Assembly: GCA_013115145.1 (NCBI GenBank)
Contig: JAAPAO010000184.1
Location: 1 to 56,854 of the forward strand
DNA from: Perkinsus chesapeaki ATCC PRA-425
Taxonomy: Eukaryota; Protista; Perkinsozoa
Direction of reading: 5' to 3'
DNA: 56,854 bases
Part shown: positions 25,101-33,909 of the stretch, in pieces
Layout: each line of letters opens with the position of its first letter
How positions within the stretch are numbered: the first letter of the stretch is position 1
Notes under the pieces: model-generated
Databases searched by the model: none
Seen by the model: only the letters and a program-made list of their open reading frames with translations
What the model was told of the DNA's origin: nothing
Made by a program: the position numbers and the translations under genes

Positions 25101-28100
25101 CAAAGTCGAGCTCATCAAGTTCATTCACCGTACACATCCCCAGGAAACGCTGGTCTTCTTCTCTGATCTCTATCCTGTGGAAGGCTTTCGAGAGGTCTCC
25201 CAGTACCACTTGGTCAGCAAGTCGGAAACAAGTCAAGTTACCGATCAGCGTCTGGCAGTAGAGGTCGTCGTTGGGAGGGTCGCCCTCGTAGCAGTAGTGG
25301 TTCAGCTGGGCGCTTGCGTCTAGTACCAGGCGGACTCGAGTACTTACCGCTCCAGGGCGCACCACTGGCATACTGGGGATAATGTGCTTCAGGGCACCGC
25401 GGTCGACCGGCTTGGTGAAACCTAGGTCTCGTAGCTCCTGGATAACCTTAAGGTACTCTTGACGCACTTCAGGGGTGAGCCTTCGGTTGACAGTGCGAGC
25501 GCGCCTCACAGCAGAGTCACTGCCACGATCGTCGGGTCGCTTGGAGCCTTTCCAAGGGATAGATAGCATGAACCTTCCACTGGACGATCGGGGAGTTGGT
25601 GGCTTGAGCTCCCAAGAAAAGTGACCGGGGTGACTATCATCATCATGGCCTTGATAAGGGCGAAGTACTCTGTTTACTTTCTGCTGCTGAGTCAACCCTT
25701 TGCTCTCTCCACCCTCAGGCGGATCAGTGTCAGGAGGGCATTCACTCTCAGCTAGCATAATCAGAATTTCAGCGGGCAACTCGGGGGGTTTGGTCTCGAG
25801 CTCAGCAGTGCCTTGCTCGGTGGGGGGGCGGTCAGTACCGATATAGCACAGCTCAGATAGTTGGCATTCCTCACGTGGTCGATCACAAAGCAGGGTAGTT
25901 CTGGTTGGCGGACCGCAGATGCTCTGAGTAACCTTCTGAGCTTCGTCCCCAACTAGCAGCACGTTGCGGTCGAGGAACCAGAGGGCCCCGAGGTCCTTCA
26001 ATAAATTAGTGGATAGTATCAGATCATGGGCCATCTCAGAGTCGACCACCACGAAGTCCTCAAGGGCCTCGGTACCATCTTCAAAGCGAACGGTCAGGGC
26101 GCAGGCTTTGCCGACAACCTCAGGGGCTCCACAGTTAGCAGTGCGAAGCCTTATCATAGTGTTCTCGAGGGTGCCGTGCTCGATAGTATCAAGGACGCTC
26201 TTGTGCATAACGGAGATCATAGCCCCACTATCTAGCAGGGCTGTCTTAGGTTGGCTGTCGTTGATGCTGATGTTGATCACTTGTGAAAGGCCACGATATG
26301 GAATAAGGCTGATAGCCTGGATGTCCTTGATACCGGGGACCTTACACTTGCATGCTAGGCTCGAGTGATGAAGTTTTCCACACCTACCGCACTTGGCACC
26401 GTAGGAGTCGTACTCACGAGGGCAGAAGTAAGAGCGATCATGGCATAACCCACAGAACACACACCGTTGATCCTCGAACTCTGCCGCATTCTCACACACC
26501 TCCGCAAGATGGGATACTCCCTCCCGGTCAAGACATCGACCACACCGGGCTCTTAAGATCTTCTTGTTGTTGTCGCTGTTGAGGATGGTTTGGTCATTCC
26601 TGATCTTCTTTTTAAAGTTGCCCTTAGATGGTCTAATAGTCACCGGAGGGGTAGGCTTGGCACCAGATGTAGAGACGATGGGGTCGGCGTCACATAGAAC
26701 TCCACAGACGTCCTTAGTCTTACAACTGGGATCCCAATGCACTTGGGCCCACGACTTGGCGGCCTTAACCACCTCTTGGTAGGTCATACCTTGGGTTCCT
26801 GGCAGCTTATAACCCCTCTCATCCAAGAACTTCTGACAAGCTGAAGGTAGAGCAGCATGAAGTCTACATTTCATCTCAGAGTCGGTCAGCTGGTTACCAG
26901 GCATCCGTCTGGTTCTCGCCACTTCTCTTGCAGTAGACTCAAACTCGCTCCAGAACGTTAGGAACTTAGTGCCCTTTCTTAACCACATTTGACTCCACCG
27001 AGTCTCTAAGGTATCAGCATCGGTGCCCGAGTAGATCTCGTCCAAGAACTGCCATAGAGAGTCAAGTCTCATCTTCCAATAGGAGCTATTAGTCTCATAG
27101 GCATCCTTGCCGTACTTGTCGAGGTCGTTCAAGTCTCGGTCGGCTTCATAGGTGTCTAATAGCCTCTGGATGTCCTTTGTCAAATTATGGCGTACAGTGA
27201 AGTACTTGGTGCAGTAATCACTCCAGACAAAGTCGGGCGAAGTTTGTAGCTTGTTCTTAAACTCACTGAGGGGAACCTCGTCATCTTCGCCAGACCACTG
27301 GTCGCTCAGAATGTAGTACTGTCGGCTCACTTGATAGTACACATAGCTGACATCTTTAGGGCCTTTCGGCCGGCTGCTAGAGTACCACCAATCCTTGCTC
27401 CAGTCGTTCCACCCATTCCAATCATTACTGCGGCTAGCATTATTAGGCTGGGCTTGCTCATATCGGTCAGACTGTTGGTAGGCCTCTAGTGTATTGTCGG
27501 AGGGTCGAGCGCAATCGGTAGGGTTCGGTGTAGATCTGAGTGGGGTCGTCATACTGGAGGACTCTTCACGTCTCTGGAGCATGGGCTTATGGATTACCGA
27601 TTCCTCAACCGTCCTCAGCGGGAGCACAACTTCGGTGCGGGGGTCGTAGTAGGCATAACTCACTTGTCCTCTGGGGTCATTCGCGGGGTTCACAACAGCG
27701 ACCTTAGAGGAGTCGTCAGCGGGGATGTTATCAGCATGAATCACTTGTCCTCTGGGGTCATTCGCGGGGTTCATAACAGCGACCTTAGAGGACTTGTCAG
27801 CGGGGTTGTTATCAGCATAAATCACTTGTCCTCGGGGGTCGTTCACGGGGTTCATAACCGCGACCTTAGAGGACTTGTCAGCGGGGTTTTGGTGAGACGT
27901 GGATGACCCACCACCAGCGGTCTCTAAGGGGTCATCACTGACCAAAGGGGGCTTGTGGTCATCGGTCTGCTCGGTGCCTTTCGCCTGCTTAGTGGGCGAA
28001 CTCGGCTCGGATTCACTATCAGAGCTGGTACCAGAAGGGTCGTTCTCCGATAATGGAGTCATAAATTCCTTCTGGGTACCAGAGTCAGTCTTCTTGAAAT

Positions 28101-28152
28101 CATCAGATCCCTTGCTATCATCGTCCTGAGCAACTCTGCGTCTTGGGGCCAT
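22138..28152 (-). CDS. Gag-Pol polyprotein, 2004 aa (Gag with three Cys/His knuckles, PR, RT, RNase H/Pao region, IN)
   Basis: PR LLDSGA; RT RLVLDAS, DLSKAF, FGANFAPSGL, YVDD; FYDPLG, FTDAS, VDSE, HLPGAVNPADIATR; IN H-x4-H...CSTC, MDFAGP, D..E; C-terminal GPY. Confidence 0.97.
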   Translation of the reverse strand: MAPRRRVAQDDDSKGSDDFKKTDSGTQKEFMTPLSENDPSGTSSDSESEPSSPTKQAKGTEQTDDHKPPLVSDDPLETAGGGSSTSHQNPADKSSKVAVMNPVNDPRGQVIYADNNPADKSSKVAVMNPANDPRGQVIHADNIPADDSSKVAVVNPANDPRGQVSYAYYDPRTEVVLPLRTVEESVIHKPMLQRREESSSMTTPLRSTPNPTDCARPSDNTLEAYQQSDRYEQAQPNNASRSNDWNGWNDWSKDWWYSSSRPKGPKDVSYVYYQVSRQYYILSDQWSGEDDEVPLSEFKNKLQTSPDFVWSDYCTKYFTVRHNLTKDIQRLLDTYEADRDLNDLDKYGKDAYETNSSYWKMRLDSLWQFLDEIYSGTDADTLETRWSQMWLRKGTKFLTFWSEFESTAREVARTRRMPGNQLTDSEMKCRLHAALPSACQKFLDERGYKLPGTQGMTYQEVVKAAKSWAQVHWDPSCKTKDVCGVLCDADPIVSTSGAKPTPPVTIRPSKGNFKKKIRNDQTILNSDNNKKILRARCGRCLDREGVSHLAEVCENAAEFEDQRCVFCGLCHDRSYFCPREYDSYGAKCGRCGKLHHSSLACKCKVPGIKDIQAISLIPYRGLSQVINISINDSQPKTALLDSGAMISVMHKSVLDTIEHGTLENTMIRLRTANCGAPEVVGKACALTVRFEDGTEALEDFVVVDSEMAHDLILSTNLLKDLGALWFLDRNVLLVGDEAQKVTQSICGPPTRTTLLCDRPREECQLSELCYIGTDRPPTEQGTAELETKPPELPAEILIMLAESECPPDTDPPEGGESKGLTQQQKVNRVLRPYQGHDDDSHPGHFSWELKPPTPRSSSGRFMLSIPWKGSKRPDDRGSDSAVRRARTVNRRLTPEVRQEYLKVIQELRDLGFTKPVDRGALKHIIPSMPVVRPGAVSTRVRLVLDASAQLNHYCYEGDPPNDDLYCQTLIGNLTCFRLADQVVLGDLSKAFHRIEIREEDQRFLGMCTVNELDELDFDQWMAMIFGANFAPSGLTQAVRAALIMYDVRKGRIDPEEAKRLDPVVGQLLDAYLYYCEQRSKKQESNIDVEISDPLSSLTTSLSTASPNPDEVPDLDKNTAPSPPGPESTTLTTRLIDRVAVYVDDSLAKGKNSLEAEATSEEIDEALEGHGFPSNKIKKYRSWERPDTTYLGYLWRRDKLSVKYIPKAEPLDLTAENMSRKAAFGLVMAFYDPLGLGVELVSCLRLLARRAFETSTDWDMAIDPKVATNLIRLARALIEVTPERTANPRTTRPEILYLFTDASGEASCQLLYDGDYTRVRGSTHLWTKVEACWTIPKKESLSYCTGLGMVADYVKMIKEHDNADRKITLKVFVDSELIIYRLRRLNKNKKIKAISALEYRQLRGSLKSLREIAQQGGRPVKVLHLPGAVNPADIATRPLDSGALPPTIDLEQLKDEVDLAIRNDFSFETPGENNASDDESTNIGASGDVDDIMALNLEDHFPVEKILELQSADHKTVAKIATINTTPEADRPASLRLYHMEGEILYYHGVTSVVNEKRRSHQVPVVPMSNDVIKLIWELHDSWGHPDPSKIISVYSQHYYTPQLRRLVRQIENTCSTCQRTKRRGCVRRAFGVVRPSGLVFDAGQVWCMDFAGPFLETSSNATHGRKKWVLTLMCPSSYQTIYEVMLSTRTEVVEAATQKLFALMGPPFAVIFDPGSTFHSSHYLRFLDNNNIAYATLPRDCQHYGGLFERFHGILLRQIRSRLMDAETKEQEVTIEEVVASSVSVMNRLPLQEMGGLTPHELFFCRKPRYPTGLGCTSEDQEGRRRLSEWLPGLMELEKDKLLDDLTEICQDVSSRRCESMVDYFDYWLERSDRIRNRMAKAPLKRGPTVSFKIGDMVLRYKHGNLKQQGVWIGPYKVMKVNSSGTVYKLSKMDGTPLKYLESIFNLKRYEDPQKVIDSYGYLLPEEGDDEEELVNPDEDHMYFDDIFDGIDEDERVLREILRL
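27652..27887 (-). repeat. 81-bp (27-aa) tandem repeat x3 in the Gag N-terminus
   Basis: tcacttgtcc recurs at 27660, 27741 and 27822; peptide unit NPADKSSKVAVMNPxNDPRGQVIxADN. Confidence 0.95.
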
Positions 28153-28180
28153 GATCTTGAGCTGAGGGATCCCGGTAGAA

Positions 28181-28576
28181 TGTGAAGTATCGGGGGTAGC
28201 CGGAATAGAACTGTAAAAGGGCTAGGTTGTCAAAGGGGTGGTTCTCGATGTGCAAGAGTCCTAGTCGGCGTCTGATCCCAATACTTGGGGAACTCAAAGT
28301 CTGCTGGTGTAGAAAGGTCGATCGAACGGGCAATATAACCAACGAAGGAGGGAATCCCACGATGGTAATCGAATCAAAGAAAGAACCTTGAGCCAAGATG
28401 GCTACAGTATCACAATCTCAATGACTCACAATCGCAGATCAATCGTTCAATTAGTAATACTAAGCTTCAACCCCCCCAAAAAAATGAAACGGCTGGCACG
28501 CATACCCATCACTGCGCGCGCGTCTCTCATCAACAAACTAATACAGATAAGCCTCTCCAAACGGCGGTTCTTCACA
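28181..28576 (-). repeat. 5' LTR (396 bp)
   Basis: Copy of 21566-21961; the Gag ATG lies 28 nt beyond its inner end. Confidence 0.97.
28387..28408 (-). other. Spliced-leader-like 22-mer plus GT donor in the 5' LTR
   Basis: Plus strand cttgagccaagatggctacagt, i.e. minus ACTGTAGCCATCTTGGCTCAAG, followed by GT. Confidence 0.9.
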
Positions 28577-29449
28577 GGTGCGCATAGTGCGCCACCGTTG
28601 TGCTGAACACAGTGCCTCTCCGAGGTTCATCATATCCGACTCGAGGATCACAGTTTAAAGAGAATGTAACAAAGGCGCTGAGGCCAGGACTCGTTCTTTA
28701 TACAATTCTCCCCATCTTTTTGGAAGAAATAGAAGACAATGAAAAAGAAAGATGAATATAGGTGGTGTTCCCACACCGTGCCTTCTTGTAGTAGTTTAAT
28801 TCGATACTTGCTTAGGAAGTCTACTGGGACCGGTAATATTAGCACGCATGATCAGTGAATGCCCTTCGTGGCGAGCGAGAATCATGATTTGTCTATATTG
28901 CGATGTCACAGGGAGGTGAATGTCACCCTTCACGGACCGGAAGACTGACTCAGGCGGACTTCCTAGCGACAGCCTCATTTGCGATTCTGGTAAGGAGTGC
29001 TACCAGACGGACTAGCGCCGGAATCCGTTGACGACGCCAACCTATTTATTAAATAGTATTTAAGGCTCCCTTAATCTTCCAGTAAGCTGGGCTCCATGGA
29101 ATTGAACCACGCCCTGGATCGAAGTCAGCACACCAAGGTTCGCTCAGCTCCTTCTCACAGGAGCAGAATAGCGACTCTTTACAGTGTGGTGTTCGATGAT
29201 GTTTGAGACTTCTAACACTTACAGTGAATTTCGGTTGTAACAGCTTGTTCACTGTCTTCGAGAAGAGGCTCGAATATGTGCCCAGTAAGTTCGCGTTGGC
29301 TTCTAGTTCGCCGAGTTATGAGTTCGGATCCCTCTGGGCTTTGACACTTAATACAACCAAAGATGAGCATGTTTATAGAGAATGATATTAATTCATGGCG
29401 GGGCGTACCGCAAAAAGATGAGCAGGTTTCGCAAACCAGTGACGATACT

Positions 29450-30643
29450 TCACAGTGATGCACCGCATTCAGCAGCTGACAGTAAATTCTCATCGTCCTG
29501 CTGCGGGTCGACAAAGTCAGCACCTTCATCAAACTCCGTCTCTTCCTCGGATGCAAACCTATAGGCAAAGATATGCAACAGCTGTGTAGGAGCGATCGTA
29601 CAGGATTGCTTGAACCATCTCCTTCAATTCAGCAGCTGTCTTCTGTGATACCTAACATCACCATAATGTCCGCCAAGCAGTGCAATGCTCACGTCCACTT
29701 CTTGCAATAGTATTTCCACCTGCCTCAGCTTGCCGAAATAGAAGTCCCTCTCGCGCTCCAAGCACACAGCACTCTCCCTACATCCAATGCCGCTCGCTGA
29801 AAGCGGTCCATCAAGTGGCTTACTTAAGCTCTTCGTATTCATCAATAGTTACAAAACGTGAAGGATCGACAGCCGGCTGATGCTGTTGCTGCATCATCGT
29901 CCTTCCACCGACGTTGCCTACATACGTGGTTTCAAGGTGTTAAACTTCAAGTCGCCAGAGGACCTCTCGGTTTAACTTGTCCAGCGGCTCTCCCCGCCGG
30001 CGCCGGACGCGGTGCCCCAGCATTCCTCGGGGCATAGTTTTCCTTGTTGATGAGGCTCGGCGGAGCGGCATTGGCGGCCCAAGGTGGCAGCTGGCATCCT
30101 TGACGCCTTCCCACAGGATCGTAACTGAAGGCATTACTTCGATCTCGTCAGAGTCAAATGATTATTGCCAACCTTAGAGCCACATCTGTTGCTACAGCAC
30201 CGTCATGGAAGGCCTTCATCCACTGTAGGAACTCCAAGTTGTCCTGGAACTTCCCTCTGCCAAAGACTTTATCGGTAAAGAAGGGGCATCCGTCGGGAGG
30301 CAGAGTGTTCTCCCGCAGCCTATCATGGACCTTACTTGCATAACTTATCAACATCGATGTGCTTGGCAATGTTGCACTGGTCGAATGCTCTCTGTAAGAT
30401 CTTGTAGTTGTGTACATATTCATAATCCACCTTAGCCAACCAGTTCACTTTCTTAAGCGGCACACGCCCTGATCTGATACTCAGGGGCAGAAGCGAAGGC
30501 AACTCACCAGGAAAGGCTGAATCGATAATTTGGCAGTAGATGGCTCCAGAGGCACATTGCTCTATCTTAGTAAGAGACGTCTGTAATAACGTATTAACCC
30601 AGTCAAGTAGCTGAGACTTGGAGAGGGAGTATGCAGGGTCCAT
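29450..30643 (-). CDS. EB1: EB1/RP-EB family microtubule end-binding protein, multi-exon
   Basis: CH domain LSKSQLLDWVN...ASGAIYCQIID...NYKILQRAF...QDNLEFLQW; EBH motif ERDFYFGKLRQVEIL; acidic tail. Confidence 0.92.
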
Positions 30644-30799
30644 TTTAGGGGAAAGCAGCAACAGCTACATTCGAGAGCCTCAAGGGGGAACCAAAGACGG
30701 CTTAGGGTAGGGAGAAACACCATTGTAGACTTTGCCACACATGTTGATGCTTCATTACATGCATTTATAAAGTTGTCAGAAAGGTATCTTCACCGATCA

Positions 30800-32199
30800 G
30801 TAAGCTTCATCTGGTCACATCACAGCACAACAGCCCCTTTCATGACCTCCTTGAAACCACAAATCAGAATCGACTTCAGTTGACCTCGTCACATCTTCCC
30901 TCCTGGCAACGGTTCTTCCCCTGCCAGACACAGCCCGCATTCCAAATCCCAGTCCGTATGACAATCGCTCCGTTAGACAGTCTAAAGGAGAGACTTCCTA
31001 CCTTATAAAATTGCGGGGCGGCGTTTCACATTCGGCATCCTCCTTACAAATAACATATCCCTTTCTTCGGGCACGCATGGCTGACATAAAGCTACATCCG
31101 ACCAAGCGAGGGGCATCTGGTACCATTGAAGCTCAACTTCAGGGGCCAACTCGGCAGCATCATCTCGGCAGGCTCGAACCTTAGCAATACCACTCCTCGC
31201 TTCGATGACTCATCGTCCTCCATATACCTCGATAGCATTCCAAATTAAAGATGCATGCACACCATGCTCACAATGATCAGTGGCACAATTTATCCATGCC
31301 ATGATGACAAACATTTTTTCGCGAGGAAAGGAATTTTCGGACCGTATCTCCCAACAACGTGAAAAGTATCTTCCCGGATGATTCAGTGATTTATAGCCAA
31401 ACGGTGGCCCCCGCACTTATTCGAATGAGATCAGCTGTACTTCTGTACGACATAATCACTTAATCACGCTTACTTCCCTTTCCCTCTTCGCCCCCCAGGT
31501 AACACTGAACGCATCTGCAACCGCGCTTTCCTCTCCTGCCGTTGCTGACGAAGCTGCTCCTGCATAGGAGGGGAACTTCGATAACATAAGGACCACGCTG
31601 AGAGTTCGTAACCACACAATCGACTGTCCCCGAATCTTCCAGGCTGTTGGCTTTAATCGACTGGCTATCGTGTACTCACGAGCGTTGTTGTTGACATCGC
31701 AGTACGATTTGCAGTGGAAGCATTAGCGAACCCAACGCCGCCGCCCTACTCTATACAACTTCGCTCTTCGCTCGTCCGACAGCACCTCATAGGCCTCCAC
31801 TATCTCCTTAAATCGTATCTTCACTTCACCAACACTCAAGCCTTCCCCAGAGCCCCTACCTCGGCAGTGGCCTTTGCCTCCTGACTCAGATGCTTATCAG
31901 GATGGCATTCTCGTGCCAGAGCGATGTAAGCCTTGCGGACCTACACCCATGAGACTCATCGGAAACCGTATCATATAATCCATTTTAATGATGTGCATTT
32001 ATTGGCAGCTCCATCTCTTCCTCACCTCCTCCGAGGTAGGATGCTCGCTGGAAAGGCCCAAGGAATGGTAGTGCGTCCGCTCCTCGAGGCCGCCATCGGA
32101 AGCCCAAGTGGAAGGCGAATGTACTCGCGACTTTCGAGATGGCGAGGCATTTCCAGGCGCTCTGTCAGGTAATGATGAATGATGGCTGGAGAAGGGCAT
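30800..32199 (-). CDS. DnaJ-domain protein, multi-exon; 3' end uncertain
   Basis: THYHSLGL...VRKAYIALARECHPDK...FKEIVEAYEVLSD (J-domain with HPD). Confidence 0.8.
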
Positions 32200-32548
32200 T
32201 TAAGGAATAAACAACAGAGGACTGGGTGATGCGGATAAGACGCAAACGGCCATTGCTAATGGGCCTCTTTATTGACCGAAGGATTTCTTTATCCTACAAT
32301 TTCGTAAATGAGTCGTATGCGTACAACACTGATACTATAGAGCCTGCTGTTCCAGCAGCATCAGCCTCATGCCCTTAAATATTCTTCCTTTTATTATCAA
32401 GCCCTGTTGCATGCACTTTACTATCAACTAACAAAGCCCCTATACCCCCCACATTATTTAACCAACACAACAACTACACAGCTCTGAATGGGTGGTGATT
32501 GTACAAGGTAAGCAGCAGCAGCTACCAGGCTACTTCCGACGCCTCTGA

Positions 32549-33788
32549 TCAGCCTTCTGCTGTATACGCTAAAAAACACATCATATCTCCCACTACCCCC
32601 CTCTCTACCTCCCTCAATTGTTTCCTCATAGCCTCCTTTTTCTCCATTGTCTCTAGGTCGTCACCCTTCTTCCCCTTACTGCCTGTACTAGCATCACTCG
32701 AATCACCCGCAGCATGCCTTCGAGCATCCGCCTCCTCAGCCTCTTTCTTTTGTATCATCTCTTTATGCTAAGCGAAGAGCGATCCTCCCAACTTTCGAGC
32801 CGCCCACCCAACCTGCTCTAATCGGTAAAACTGCAGTCCCTGTGGCCAGACGTTCCTGCCAAAACCCTCCTCGGTCATTTCTGACTCCTTAACAATATCT
32901 TCCATTTCAGCATTGAAGTCCCTCTCAGCCTGCAGTACTCCTTCCCAGTACCTACCGACGCCGATCACTGCCCACTACTAGCTACCCGACTCAGCAACAT
33001 ACCCCGGCACGGTGAGACAAAAATTTCCTAGATACTTTAATCATATTTCGCCTCACTTCCGCCTATCGAAATCAACCGTATCGGGTTCTACAATCCCTCA
33101 CCGAATCCTTCTCAAAAATACATCTACTAACAAGATCCGAAATGTGCAAAGATTTTCTCCAAGTCCCCGCCCCTCCTCCACATGGCCGACATATGCTTTA
33201 TTCCTCCTTCCCATATTACTTATCCCCGACTAGCTTCTTATCCATCATCCTGGCCGCTCCAGGCTTATCCCTCTGCAATTGGGCCAAAACATATACACAA
33301 CCTATGCACCGCTTCAGCAGCAACGCCTTCAACTTGCGCTGAAACCAAACAACTAAGCCGCTGTGATTGCCTTCCCTCACCTACCCTGTCCGCATCCGGT
33401 ATCTCATGCCTTATAATTCGCGTCATCTCCGGCAGTTCAATATCGGATATAACTCTACACAACAACTGTCCCCCCCCCCTCCACCACAGCGCCTACCTGC
33501 CCTTCCCCTCCTTTACTAGAAACTCCTGTAGCACCTGTTCTTTGTAGTCCAAGTACGCATTAAGCTCTTCCTCAGGCAAATGGATTTCATACTCTCCCGT
33601 GCCACCCGTCGCCTTGAGGAATTCCGACGTCGCCGTAGATTGCTTCCGGTAGTCCTACCACCAAATGACTTCAACCAGTCAAGCCAGGACCTCACTTCAA
33701 AAATAATGGTAGCTAAATAAGCACATGCTGCCAGCACTACTGCCAGGGCTATGTACGGCCAGTACTCTGCGAAGATCTCAGTTAGCAT
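32549..33788 (-). CDS. Single-TM protein, possibly Sec66/Sec71-like; multi-exon
   Basis: N-terminal TM YWPYIALAVVLAACAYLATII; YWEGVLQAERDFNAEMEDIVKESE...W resembles the Sec66 C-terminal pattern; charged coiled-coil tail. Confidence 0.4.
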
Positions 33789-33909
33789 TTGAAAACAAAA
33801 GAAGGCCGCCGCAAATAGCAGCCACGAAACAACAACTGCTAGATGGTCAAGTCCCCCCGCCGCCACCACCAGCAACGCCTCTCCTCAATTGATAGAAACG
33901 TTGGTACAC

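Larger units (their letters stand above)
21566..28576 (-). mobile_element. Full-length LTR retrotransposon, Bel/Pao-like
   Basis: Two 396-bp direct repeats with TG...CA ends and 7-bp terminal inverted repeats (tgtgaag/cttcaca); TSD GGTG at 21562-21565 and 28577-28580; one Gag-Pol ORF. Confidence 0.97.

Noticed and set aside
22753-27906. Many plus-strand ORFs antisense to Gag-Pol
   Set aside because: Shadow ORFs from codon bias and the 81-bp repeat
21440-28640. 57-codon ORF reconstructed across the empty insertion site (MMNLGEAL...QWRQ)
   Set aside because: No recognisable domain and other frames are similarly open, so gene disruption cannot be claimed
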